Source of the DNA: Roseiflexaceae bacterium UBA965
Lineage (GTDB): Bacteria; Chloroflexota; Chloroflexia; Chloroflexales; Roseiflexaceae
Assembly: GCA_002292925.1 (NCBI GenBank)
Contig: DBCF01000015.1
Location: 1-46,209 of the forward strand
Length of the DNA: 46,209 nucleotides
Direction of reading: 5' to 3'
Shown here: piece by piece, positions 27,637 through 36,773 of the stretch
How the letters are laid out: the number at the start of each line of letters is the position of its first letter
How positions within the stretch are numbered: position 1 is the stretch's first letter
Notes under the pieces: generated by a model
The model's input: only the letters and a program-made list of their open reading frames with translations
The model's database searches: none
Told to the model about the DNA's origin: nothing
Translations under genes and position numbers: made by a program

Positions 27637-29475
27637 CTAATCGTCGTTTTGCATGGCCATTTCGCGGCGTTTCTGGTCACGTTTGCGTTCTTCTTGGTTG
27701 AGCAAGCGTTTGCGCAAGCGATAGTTTTTTGGTGTTACTTCGAGCAATTCGTCGTCGCCGAGGTATTCGACGGCGTCGTCAAGGCTCAAATTCCGTGGGG
27801 TTTCGAGGCGCAATGAATCATCGGCACCCGACGAACGCATGTTGGTCAAATGCTTCTTTTTACAGCAATTGACTTCAAGGTCACGTTCACGGATGTGTTG
27901 TCCGATAATCATGCCTTCGTACACTTCATACCCTGCCGAAATGAAGAGTTGACCACGCTCTTGAGCACCAAACAGACCAAAGGTAGTGGTCATGCCTGAT
28001 TCTGAGGCGACGAGTGAACCCAAGGCTCGGGTGCTGATTTCGCCCATCATTGGTTGGTATTCGAGGAACAGCGCATTGAGCTGACCTTCACCGCGTGATG
28101 CCGTCATGAATTGTTGGCGGAAGCCCAACAACCCACGGGTTGGTACATGGAAGGTCAGATTGACGGTACCGTCTTCACGGTAGCTCATATCGCGCATTTG
28201 ACCACGGCGTTGACCGAGCAATTCGATGACAGTGCCTTGATATTGTTCAGACACTTCGATTTCGACTTGTTCGACTGGTTCCATCCGTTGACCATCAACC
28301 ATCTTGAAAATAACTTCGGGACGTGATACTTGGAATTCGTATCCTTCACGGCGCATATTTTCAATCAAAATGGTCAAGTGCAATTCACCACGGCCACTCA
28401 CCACAAAGGCATCTGGCACATCGGTGTCTTCGACACGCAACGCCACGTCGCGGTCTCGTTCGGTGTACAAACGATCACGCAACTTACGCGACGTGACATG
28501 AGTACCTTCACGGCCAGACAGTGGGCTGGTGTTAACCCCAAATGTCATCCGCACGGTTGGTTCTTCGACGGCGATGATTGGCAGCTGTTCGGCACCAAGC
28601 ACATCGGCAATCGTGTCACCAATCATGCCATCAGCAATACCGGAGACGGCCATGATTTCGCCAGCTTGGACTTCTTCGACTTCGGTGCGATTAAGCCCGT
28701 TGTAGACGAAGAGTTGAATGATTTTGGAATTAGTTTGCGTACCGTCGTGAGCAAATCGGATAACTTGCTGAGCCTTGCGTAATGTGCCACGGCGCAAGCG
28801 ACCCATCATAATTTTGCCACGATAGTCATCATAAAACGTATTGGTGACCAACATCTGTGCCGACGCTTCGTTATCGACATCAGGTGCTGGGATGGTTTCG
28901 ACAATGGCATCAAACAACGGCTCGAGTGTCTCGGCCAAATTGTTGAAGTCCGTACCCGAAATGCCGTTGATGGCACTGGCAAAAATCACCGGGAAATCGG
29001 CTTGGTCATCGCTGGCACCTAATTCAACGAACAAATCAAATGTTTCGTTGACCACCCATTCGGGGCGGGCATTGGGGCGGTCGATTTTGTTGACCACAAC
29101 GATGGCTTTGTGGCCGGCAAGCAAAGCCTTGCGCAACACAAAGCGGGTTTGGGGCATCGGACCATCGACAGCATCAACCAACAACAACACGCCGTCCACC
29201 ATATTCATAACCCGTTCGACTTCGCCACCGAAGTCTGCGTGGCCTGGAGTGTCAACAATGTTGATCTTGGTACCCTTGTACACCACCGCCGTATTTTTGG
29301 CCATGATGGTGATACCACGCTCACGCTCGAGATCGTTCGAGTCCATGACCCGCTCACTGACCTGTTGGTTTTCGCGGAATGTACGTGATTGACGGAGTAG
29401 GCCATCGACAAGGGTGGTTTTGCCATGGTCTACGTGCGCAATGATTGCAATATTGCGCAAATCGGATCGCTTCAT
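27637..29475 (-). CDS. typA: Translational GTPase TypA/BipA
   Basis: [31 protein letters not shown] and NKID, plus the BipA C-terminal domain. Start moved to ATG 29475 (GGAGAAATC upstream). Confidence 0.95.
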   Translation of the reverse strand: MKRSDLRNIAIIAHVDHGKTTLVDGLLRQSRTFRENQQVSERVMDSNDLERERGITIMAKNTAVVYKGTKINIVDTPGHADFGGEVERVMNMVDGVLLLVDAVDGPMPQTRFVLRKALLAGHKAIVVVNKIDRPNARPEWVVNETFDLFVELGASDDQADFPVIFASAINGISGTDFNNLAETLEPLFDAIVETIPAPDVDNEASAQMLVTNTFYDDYRGKIMMGRLRRGTLRKAQQVIRFAHDGTQTNSKIIQLFVYNGLNRTEVEEVQAGEIMAVSGIADGMIGDTIADVLGAEQLPIIAVEEPTVRMTFGVNTSPLSGREGTHVTSRKLRDRLYTERDRDVALRVEDTDVPDAFVVSGRGELHLTILIENMRREGYEFQVSRPEVIFKMVDGQRMEPVEQVEIEVSEQYQGTVIELLGQRRGQMRDMSYREDGTVNLTFHVPTRGLLGFRQQFMTASRGEGQLNALFLEYQPMMGEISTRALGSLVASESGMTTTFGLFGAQERGQLFISAGYEVYEGMIIGQHIRERDLEVNCCKKKHLTNMRSSGADDSLRLETPRNLSLDDAVEYLGDDELLEVTPKNYRLRKRLLNQEERKRDQKRREMAMQNDD

Positions 29476-29700
29476 GATTTCTCCATAGGTAACATACCAA
29501 ACGCCTCGACCAATGGTCGGGGCGCATCGATGCAACACACAACTATGTATAGTGTACCACGTTTTGTGTGATTACAATACCTACGCCAAAATCCCTCACC
29601 CTGCGTCATTCCATGCCGGTTGCCAGCGCAACCGTCGCGTGGAATCTCCCAAGGCTTGCCATTGGAGCAACAGTGGTTGGCAGCGGTACGCAGTTTTCCT

Positions 29701-29834
29701 TTTGATTCATCCACATAGTCCACGGGTTATACACCGTAACCCCTCTCCCATCGTCATTGGATCGGCAGTAGTTGGCATAAGTATTGGAACTACCAATAGA
29801 TTTGATTCATCCACATAGTCCACGGGTTATGCAC
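29701..29834 (+). repeat. Two copies of a 30-bp perfect direct repeat (34 bp with one mismatch), 100 bp apart, each carrying DnaA-box-like 9-mers
   Basis: tttgattcatccacatagtccacgggttat occurs at 29701-29730 and 29801-29830. The upstream flanks are also degenerately similar: cattggagcaacagtggttggcagcggtac versus cattggatcggcagtagttggcataagtat, about 22/30 by hand alignment. Confidence 0.85.
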
Positions 29835-29952
29835 ATTTGTAATGACACTTTTCATTTTTAGAAAAAAGAAGTATCACTAATCAACTTTTTTGGAATGACT
29901 TTTGATTACGCTGTATGGATATATAAGATAAATCATTAATTTATATAAGAAA
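29835..29952. other. A+T-rich stretch, candidate DNA unwinding element
   Basis: My hand count gives 26 G/C in 118 nt (about 78% A+T) in a window that is otherwise roughly 50% G+C. DnaA-box clusters flank it on both sides. Confidence 0.5.
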
Positions 29953-30269
29953 CCGTCGTAACACTAGGGATTGTGGATATGTGGATACGTGGGGTTTTGA
30001 GTGATACCAATCAATAATGTAGTCGTGGATAAGTCGTGGATGGTTATCCACAGGTCGTACACGGCAAATAGCAAGCGCAAAAATCATCAACAAATAATAC
30101 ACCGACGTACACCGCTTATCCACAACGTTCTCCACATTTCCTGTGGATAAGCCAAAAAGGCTGAAAAAGTATCCACCTGCTATCCCACAACTCTCCACGA
30201 GTTATCCACCACTTATACACGGCATTAGTGTCAATAAAAACCAGCCAAATCATGGGCAAATAAACGCAC

Positions 30270-30308
30270 AAAAACAACCGCCGTACCATTTATTTGGTAC
30301 GGCGGTTG
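30270..30308 (-). terminator. Rho-independent terminator of the bifunctional-nuclease-family gene
   Basis: On the minus strand: caaccgccgtacca-aataa-tggtacggcggttg followed by TTTTT. It lies 22 nt downstream of the stop at 30330. Confidence 0.8.
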
Positions 30309-30329
30309 TTTCTGGTTGGCAAAGCCACG

Positions 30330-30902
30330 TTATTCAGGGGTGTTTTTTTTGTTGTCGTCTTCGTTATCGAGGGAGTTAATAAAATCACGAAAGAGTGATA
30401 AGGTATCATCGCCGCCCGAGGTCTCATTTGCGGTGGAAGGAGCTTCGTCACGTGATGTATTACCCGGAGAACGAAACAACGGTGTATCTTGTTGTTCATC
30501 GGTATCAAATGGGACACTTGCCTGATCAAACACATGAGGCGCCACAAAAATCGGCACGTTGGCGCGGATTGCAAGGGCAATTGCATCACTCGAGCGGGCG
30601 TCGATTTCGATAGGTCCAGTTGCAGTGGTTGCAACGATGCGTGCAAAAAAAGTCGTGTCTTGGATGTCATTGATAATGACATGCTCGATTTGCGCGTTGA
30701 GTTCATGAAATAACGTATTGAGTAAATCATGCGTCATTGGTCGACTCGGCGTTAAGCTTTGCAATACAAACGAAATTGCGTCTGCTTCGAATTGACCAAT
30801 CCAAATTGGCAAATAGCGCCGACTATCAGATTCACGCAACACGACCACACGATTTTGCGTGAGCAAACTTACCCGCACACTATCGACAGTGACTCGTATC
30901 AT
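30330..30902 (-). CDS. Bifunctional nuclease (BFN/DUF151) family protein with an acidic disordered C-terminal tail
   Basis: VVVLRESDSRRYLPIWIGQFEADAI and RPMTHDLL are conserved BFN-domain blocks. Start moved to ATG 30902 (AAAGGAAG upstream). Confidence 0.8.
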   Translation of the reverse strand: MIRVTVDSVRVSLLTQNRVVVLRESDSRRYLPIWIGQFEADAISFVLQSLTPSRPMTHDLLNTLFHELNAQIEHVIINDIQDTTFFARIVATTATGPIEIDARSSDAIALAIRANVPIFVAPHVFDQASVPFDTDEQQDTPLFRSPGNTSRDEAPSTANETSGGDDTLSLFRDFINSLDNEDDNKKNTPE

Positions 30903-31036
30903 CGCGCTTCCTTTCATTCATTGCATAAACGTTAATACTTATATAATACACGTGTTTTGATATTGGTGGGGAATAGTCTTTCATTGTGGCGAGAACCATG
31001 GGCGTTATCTCGATATATTGTAGTTGGCTGAGATAG

Positions 31037-31065
31037 TTGACACGCCTATATTTGCATCGTATGAT
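31037..31065 (+). promoter_or_regulatory. Sigma-70-type promoter for the M23 peptidase gene
   Basis: TTGACA (31037-31042), a 17-nt spacer, then TATGAT (31060-31065), about 30 nt upstream of ATG 31098. Confidence 0.5.
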
Positions 31066-31097
31066 GGCGTTGTTATTGTGATTGTAATGCGGTTCAA

Positions 31098-32636
31098 ATG
31101 ATTATTCCTAAGACAACATCACCAGTCATAATGAACTGGTTTCTTTCGTTACGTCGTGGCGAAATAGCTGTGCGGCAGGTGATATGGCGATTGGTCGATG
31201 TATTGCCGTTGCCGAGTAGCACCAAACAGCGCCTTGCTCCGCACATCCAACGCGAAAACGCGCAAGCGCAAGTCGCTGCGCTCCGATCTGCGCGGGCCAC
31301 ATTAACGGGCCAAGAAGTGACGCACAATAGTCCTGAACTGCCGTTTTTGAAAACAGCCACCAATGAATTGTTTGTGGTTGATGCATTACTTGACCCGCAT
31401 GTGGCAGGGCATATTACGATTGCGGTCATGGTTGGTGTAATACTGATTTTTGGTAATGGAATCATCGAAAAAAGCGGTTTATATGGCAAAGATCGTCCGG
31501 GACTAAATCAAAAATCAGGCGTGGACATGACCATTGAAGTTGGTGCACCATTACCACAGGTAATGAGTGCGTCAGAATTGACGGTGCCACAAATGGTGAC
31601 TCCGCTCCCGAGTGCAGCACCGCCCTATTTGTTTTATCATCGCATTCGGGTGAGTGATACGTTGGGGGTAATTGCTACCGAATATAATATAAGCCCACGG
31701 GTGCTATTTTGGGCCAATGGACTACAAAATGGACGGGTATTTATTGTAGGAAGTACTTTGCGTATTCCTCGTTTGCCCGGCGTGTCACATACCGTCGCAG
31801 AAACTGAGACCATCGCCTCGATTGCCGAACAATACGGTGTCAAAACAACAGCAATCACGTTGTTTCGTCCTAATCGTGTCCTCCAAAACGAAGATCTCGT
31901 CGTCGATAAAGAAATATTCATCCCCTACGTCGTTCCGGCCTATCCAGATGCGATTATTAATAAATATGGTGGCGAAGAAGGCGTGGCAACCATGGAAGCC
32001 ATCGAAACCGTCACCGTGCTCCAAGACGAGACCAATGTGCGTAATGGTCCTGGTCGGGCGTTCGACAAAATCGCCACGGCACGGTTAGGCCAACGTCTCA
32101 TTCCAATTGCGCGTTACGGCAGCTGGGTTAAACTCGAATTAAACCCGGGCGAAATCGGTTGGATCAAGGGCTCGCTCCTCGGCATGTCAGATGGTTTGGT
32201 GGGCGGGTTACCGACGGCGACCAATGTGCCCTGGCCCCCGCCGCGCTGGACCTGGCCAACAACGGGGAAGTTAACGTCACCGTTTGGGTGGCGTAGTGTC
32301 CCCATGTACATGTTCCACAACGGTATTGACTTTGCCAATGCTGCCGGTACCCCTATTTATGCAGCCCGTTACGGTCGGGTATTTGAGGCAGGTTGGTGTA
32401 GTGGCTTTGGGTATTGTGTGCGAATTGACCATGGTGGTGGCGTAATTTCTATTTATGGGCACATGCTCAAAAAACCCGTCGTGCAAGTGGGTAATATTGT
32501 TGATATGGGCGATTTAATTGGGTTGATGGGTAGTACGTACGATGCTGCGGGTGGTGGGTTTTCTACGGGAGTACATTTGCATTTGACCATCAAAGTTAAT
32601 GGCAAATATGTTGACCCACTCAAATATCTCCCTTAA
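31098..32636 (+). CDS. Membrane-anchored LysM-LysM-SH3-M23 peptidoglycan metalloendopeptidase
   Basis: Transmembrane segment ITIAVMVGVILIFGNGII. Two LysM repeats (HRIRVSDTLGVIATEYNI, HTVAETETIASIAEQYGV). SH3-like VRNGPGRAFDKIA...WVKL. M23 motifs HNGIDFA and GVHLHL. The start is uncertain because no SD precedes ATG 31098. Confidence 0.85.
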   Translation: MIIPKTTSPVIMNWFLSLRRGEIAVRQVIWRLVDVLPLPSSTKQRLAPHIQRENAQAQVAALRSARATLTGQEVTHNSPELPFLKTATNELFVVDALLDPHVAGHITIAVMVGVILIFGNGIIEKSGLYGKDRPGLNQKSGVDMTIEVGAPLPQVMSASELTVPQMVTPLPSAAPPYLFYHRIRVSDTLGVIATEYNISPRVLFWANGLQNGRVFIVGSTLRIPRLPGVSHTVAETETIASIAEQYGVKTTAITLFRPNRVLQNEDLVVDKEIFIPYVVPAYPDAIINKYGGEEGVATMEAIETVTVLQDETNVRNGPGRAFDKIATARLGQRLIPIARYGSWVKLELNPGEIGWIKGSLLGMSDGLVGGLPTATNVPWPPPRWTWPTTGKLTSPFGWRSVPMYMFHNGIDFANAAGTPIYAARYGRVFEAGWCSGFGYCVRIDHGGGVISIYGHMLKKPVVQVGNIVDMGDLIGLMGSTYDAAGGGFSTGVHLHLTIKVNGKYVDPLKYLP

Positions 32637-32648
32637 TTCAAAGGATAC

Positions 32649-34220
32649 ATGGTGACAACGCAACACCCCATGGGGCGGCGCATTGCGCTAGCCGCAATGT
32701 TAATTGCTGTTGGGAGTATTACGAGCCGCCTAATCGGAGTCATCCGTGAGGCGGTTTTTGCGGCGACATTTGGTCGTGGTGATGAATTAGCCGCCTTTAC
32801 TGCCGCCGCCACCATCCCGACGCTGGTCTATGATTTGTTGTTGAGTGGCGCCTTGAGTGCCGCACTTGTACCAGTATTTAGCCGAGTCGTCCAACAACCC
32901 GACGTACGCGATGCCTTGGTGTCACGGGTACTCAGCCTGATGATTGTGGTTGTCAGCGGTATTGTATTGCCGTTATTGTGGTTGGCCCCGCAAGTAGTCC
33001 AATTGCTGGCCGGTGGATTTGATGCAAATCTGCAAGCCCTCACCACCACCATGGTGCGTTGGATGTTGTTTGCGGTGCCGTGTATGGTGGTGGCTGGGGT
33101 GATGACGGCGGTGCTCCAAGCCCAACAACAGTTTGTACTACCCGCCTTCGCCACCAGTATTTTTAATATAGGGATTATTATCGCGGCGGTGATTCTGGCG
33201 CCATGGCTTGGCCCCATCGCATTGGCCATCGGGATGGTATTGGGGGCGGCGTTGCAGGTGGCCTTGCAATATTATGGGTTGCGCAATAGCAAATTGACGT
33301 GGCGTACCGATTGGCGCGACCCGTCGATTGGCGAAATGTTGCGCCTGTATGCGCCAGTAGCGCTGGGAATGGGATTTTCGGCGATTGGTACGCTCATCGA
33401 TCGCCGCTACGCCAGCGACTTTGGCGCCCAAGTATTGCCGACCATGCGCTATGCCACCACCCTCATCCAATTCCCGTTGGGCTTGGTGGCGGCGGCGGTG
33501 TCGACGGCGATTTTGCCGTCACTAGCCCGCTTAAATGACAGCAAATCACTCGACCAGTTTCGTAGTACCGTTGGGACGGCATTGACCGTGGTGATTGCCT
33601 TGATTGTGCCGGCCAGTGTAGTGTTGTGGTTGATTCGGGTGCCGCTTACGGCGCTGATTTTGCAACGCCAAGCCTTTAGTGTGGCTGACACCCAAGCCGT
33701 TGCCAACACCTTGATGTATTACATTCCCGGCTTACCCGCCGCAGCAATTGATCAAATTTTGTTGTTTGCCTGTTATGCCCGCGGGCGCACCCTCGCCCCC
33801 AATTTGGTGCAAGGTGGTGCCATCATCGCCTATGTGGTGGGGGTATGGTTGGTAATGCCGTGGCTCGGTCAGAGTGCCGAGACCTTGGCGCTGGCCAATT
33901 CAATCCAATGGATTGCCCACATGATACTGATGGCGGTGTTGTGCCAGCAACAATTTGATTTACGAGGGCTTGCCATCGGTCAGACATTGGTCTTGTGTGT
34001 GATGGCGGCAGCGGTGACGTGGGTGACGGTCCAAGCGGTGATGACATTGGTGGTGATTTCGCAGGCCTTTGTCCAAGTCATTGTCATCACCGGCTTGACC
34101 GGGGTAATTTACCTCGTGGTGGCGTGGTTGCTCGGTATTACCCCGGTGCTTTTTGCCGCCGATTTGATTCGGCAACGCCTGACTGCCATGGTTATGCGGT
34201 TGCGGCCAACGCTGCCGTAA
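32649..34220 (+). CDS. murJ: Lipid II flippase MurJ
   Basis: N-terminal SRLIGVIREAVFAATFGRGDELAAF..A..IP...Y.LL..GALSAALVPVFS and a ~14-TM MOP-superfamily layout. Confidence 0.9.
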   Translation: MVTTQHPMGRRIALAAMLIAVGSITSRLIGVIREAVFAATFGRGDELAAFTAAATIPTLVYDLLLSGALSAALVPVFSRVVQQPDVRDALVSRVLSLMIVVVSGIVLPLLWLAPQVVQLLAGGFDANLQALTTTMVRWMLFAVPCMVVAGVMTAVLQAQQQFVLPAFATSIFNIGIIIAAVILAPWLGPIALAIGMVLGAALQVALQYYGLRNSKLTWRTDWRDPSIGEMLRLYAPVALGMGFSAIGTLIDRRYASDFGAQVLPTMRYATTLIQFPLGLVAAAVSTAILPSLARLNDSKSLDQFRSTVGTALTVVIALIVPASVVLWLIRVPLTALILQRQAFSVADTQAVANTLMYYIPGLPAAAIDQILLFACYARGRTLAPNLVQGGAIIAYVVGVWLVMPWLGQSAETLALANSIQWIAHMILMAVLCQQQFDLRGLAIGQTLVLCVMAAAVTWVTVQAVMTLVVISQAFVQVIVITGLTGVIYLVVAWLLGITPVLFAADLIRQRLTAMVMRLRPTLP

Positions 34221-34608
34221 GCACCGCTTGCATTTGGTTGTAACTGAGCAAGGTCATAGCTGTCGCTGCATCAACCCACCGGTAATCACTAATCCCTTCG
34301 CTAGCCTGCAAGGTGACGGTGCGTTGGGTGGTGTGCATCACAAAAAAATCGACTTGTTTGCGGAGCGTACGTCCTTTTTTGACCACATCATAATAAATCG
34401 TCTGTACCAGTGCTCCTAATTCACCCTGAATGCCTGTTTCTTCGTATACCTCGCGGATGGCGGCGGCAGCGCTGGTCTCGCCGGCTTCGAGGTGCCCTTT
34501 GGGGAATGTCCATTGGCCGTATTGGTCAAAAATCAGCAAGATATGTAGCCCGTCGGGCGTCGCATTAAAAATCACACAGCCGGCGGCATGGGGAGCCGTA
34601 TCGCGCAT
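34192..34608 (-). CDS. NUDIX hydrolase
   Basis: Nudix box GHLEAGETSAAAAIREVYEETGI. Its 3' end overlaps the murJ 3' end by 29 nt. Confidence 0.85.
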   Translation of the reverse strand: MRDTAPHAAGCVIFNATPDGLHILLIFDQYGQWTFPKGHLEAGETSAAAAIREVYEETGIQGELGALVQTIYYDVVKKGRTLRKQVDFFVMHTTQRTVTLQASEGISDYRWVDAATAMTLLSYNQMQAVLTAALAATA

Positions 34609-34643
34609 TGATCCCTCAATTCACTCGTGATTGTTGTAAAAAA

Positions 34644-35528
34644 CTACGGACGCGCGATTAAATTACTCAACCATTGTTCCATTTCCAAGGTGAATTGGGC
34701 TAGTGAGGTTTGGCGCGTCCATTCACTAAGCGTCGTCAAATTCCCTGAAGCTAACAACAATCCCATCAGAATCAACAACCCACCACTGGCCATACTGGTG
34801 GTATGGAGCATGATTTCGCGCCCAGCAAGGGTGACAAAGTAAGCCCGCCCTTTGATGAGTTGCCAAAACTTTGAGCCGGTGCCGAGTTTACTAAAAAACG
34901 AAGAGATGATAATTAACGGTGTGCCCAACCCCAGCGCATAGACAAAGGCGAGCAACGCCCCTTGCACCACTGCAATCCCTTGGGTGGCTAGCAACGTCAA
35001 GAGCGCCCCGAGAATCGGACCGACGCAGGCCGACCAGCCGAGTGAGAAAGTGGCACCGTACAAAAACGACCCCAACACCCCTTGGACGGGGCGGTCTTGC
35101 AGTTGGATACCACTAAAGCCAATCCCCAAGAAACTGAGCACCCCAAAGCCGATTATCAACAAACCGCCCAACGTGGTTAATAGTGATAAATACTGAAACA
35201 AAAAACGACTGAGGGCGGTGGCACTAGCGCCAAACAACACCATCGTTGTGGCCAACCCACAAAAAAACGCGATGGACATCAAGGTGACATGTTCTTTTTT
35301 GGTTTGAAAGGTAAAGGCAAAGTAGGCCGGCAAAATCGGCAAGGTACAGGGCGACAAAAAGCTCAACAAACCAGCCAAAAAGGTGACAGGAATCAATACG
35401 CCGATACCGTTTTGGGATGAACTAATCAATGAATTATTGGGGGTCGTTACAATAATTGCAACGACCGCCACCACGATGACACCCAAAACCCCCCAAATCA
35501 ATGGGCGCCAAGAATTTTTTGCGGTCAT
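34644..35528 (-). CDS. ccdA: Cytochrome c biogenesis / thiol-disulfide electron transfer membrane protein CcdA (DsbD transmembrane-domain family)
   Basis: LSFLSPCTLPILPAYF and LGWSACVGPILGA are the two conserved Cys motifs. Start moved to ATG 35528 (AAAGGG upstream). Confidence 0.8.
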   Translation of the reverse strand: MTAKNSWRPLIWGVLGVIVVAVVAIIVTTPNNSLISSSQNGIGVLIPVTFLAGLLSFLSPCTLPILPAYFAFTFQTKKEHVTLMSIAFFCGLATTMVLFGASATALSRFLFQYLSLLTTLGGLLIIGFGVLSFLGIGFSGIQLQDRPVQGVLGSFLYGATFSLGWSACVGPILGALLTLLATQGIAVVQGALLAFVYALGLGTPLIIISSFFSKLGTGSKFWQLIKGRAYFVTLAGREIMLHTTSMASGGLLILMGLLLASGNLTTLSEWTRQTSLAQFTLEMEQWLSNLIARP

Positions 35529-35595
35529 GTTGATACCCTTTCTTTGAAAATGCAATAGTAACACGGACAACAAGTCTATTTACGAAACACAAACA

Positions 35596-36636
35596 CTAGT
35601 GTTGCGCAATGATGCGTTGAGCGATATTCATACCATGTTCCATGGCGAGATGAATCCGCCCGAGTCCTGCGAGGGCGTCTCCGGTGAAGTATAACCCATC
35701 TGATTGCTCATGTGTTTCTAATATGGTGTGGTCGGCTTTGCCATTGGGCAGGGCGTACTTCCACCCTTGGCGATCAAGCCACAGTGGTGATGGCAATGCA
35801 CTTGCGAGCAATTGATTGAGGCGCGGGAGTAACTCGTGAATGAGGGTTGCTTCATCGGCTTGCCACCAATCGGTGCTGGCGGCGGGGGCGAGTTGGATGG
35901 TGACGAGGGTTTGATCAGCGGGGACACGACTCGGGGCTTTGTCGTGCTCAAGGGCGACCCACGAGAATGGATGTTGGCGGTCGCTATTCACCAAGGCATA
36001 AAACGGGAATTCGACCCGGCCTGCAAATGCCATGGTAACACTCAAGCAGGGGCGATAGGTGGCAGGGGCGAGGCCGCCACAGAGGTGGGCAATCATGGCG
36101 GGGTCGAGTTGACTTGCCTGCAAAATTTCAATGGTTTGCGGCGCTGGTGGCGTAAACAATAGCGCATCCCCATGCGCGATAACGGTGTTTTGGTCGTCGA
36201 TACAATCATAGCCGGTCTCAGTTTTGATTACATGATGCAGGCGAGTTTGTAATGACACGGTAAGCTCTTTGGGGGCCAGTAACTTGGCGAGGTAATTCAT
36301 ACCCGAGCGGTAGACTAATTTGGGGGCAGTGTTTTGGGCGGGGTCACCAGCAGATATCTGATTGTGTTGGTCAAAAACCCCAACTGGTTTGGTGATGTCG
36401 ATGAGTTGATCGTGGGGCAGTGTCTGGGTTAAAAAAGCTAATTGGTCGCTGTCGCTGGTGCGAAAAAACTGGGCCCCGTGGTCAAAGGTGGCACCATCGC
36501 GACGGCGGGTGGCGGCCCGACCACCGAGCCCGCGGCTTTTTTCGATGCAGTGGAGTGAGATGTGGGGGGCGTTTTGGTGGATGGTGTAGGCTGCAGCGAG
36601 TCCACTCACGCCGGCACCGATGATAATGAGCTTCAT
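35596..36636 (-). CDS. NAD(P)/FAD-dependent oxidoreductase (amine-oxidase/renalase-like)
   Basis: N-terminal Rossmann motif MKLIIIGAGVSGLAAAY and C-terminal FAD motif LYFTGDALAG. Confidence 0.75.
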   Translation of the reverse strand: MKLIIIGAGVSGLAAAYTIHQNAPHISLHCIEKSRGLGGRAATRRRDGATFDHGAQFFRTSDSDQLAFLTQTLPHDQLIDITKPVGVFDQHNQISAGDPAQNTAPKLVYRSGMNYLAKLLAPKELTVSLQTRLHHVIKTETGYDCIDDQNTVIAHGDALLFTPPAPQTIEILQASQLDPAMIAHLCGGLAPATYRPCLSVTMAFAGRVEFPFYALVNSDRQHPFSWVALEHDKAPSRVPADQTLVTIQLAPAASTDWWQADEATLIHELLPRLNQLLASALPSPLWLDRQGWKYALPNGKADHTILETHEQSDGLYFTGDALAGLGRIHLAMEHGMNIAQRIIAQH

Positions 36637-36773
36637 AATCTTCCTCTTGCATTATTCAACATATACGATTACAATTATCTAGTATAAGGTCTTCCTTAAT
36701 CAACCCCTGACCTCGGCTTAATATCGCGATCACGATAGGATATCCCTATCTACGATTAACGTGGAGTTTGCGT

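Larger units (their letters stand above)
29701..30221. other. Candidate replication origin (oriC-like DnaA-box cluster)
   Basis: Perfect TTATCCACA at 30044-30052 and 30116-30124, and its complement TGTGGATAA at 30142-30150. 8/9 matches at 29707-29715, 29807-29815, 29827-29835, 29972-29980, 29980-29988, 30024-30032, 30128-30136 and 30202-30210. Several 7/9 matches, for example 29727-29735, 30169-30177 and 30213-30221. The region has no credible ORF. Confidence 0.6.

Noticed and set aside
29701-29834. The 30-bp direct repeats as a possible mini-CRISPR array
   Set aside because: There are only two copies, and the 70-bp spacer is itself related to the sequence upstream of copy 1. The repeats contain DnaA-box matches, there is no palindromic repeat structure, and no cas genes are in the window.
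29472-30379. Track ORFs inside the gene-free block: 29472-29723(-), 29513-29818(+), 29941-30198(-) and 30143-30379(+)
   Set aside because: None has an RBS and their composition is odd. They overlap the DnaA-box and A/T-rich elements and a terminator hairpin. Together they are better explained as non-coding origin-like DNA.
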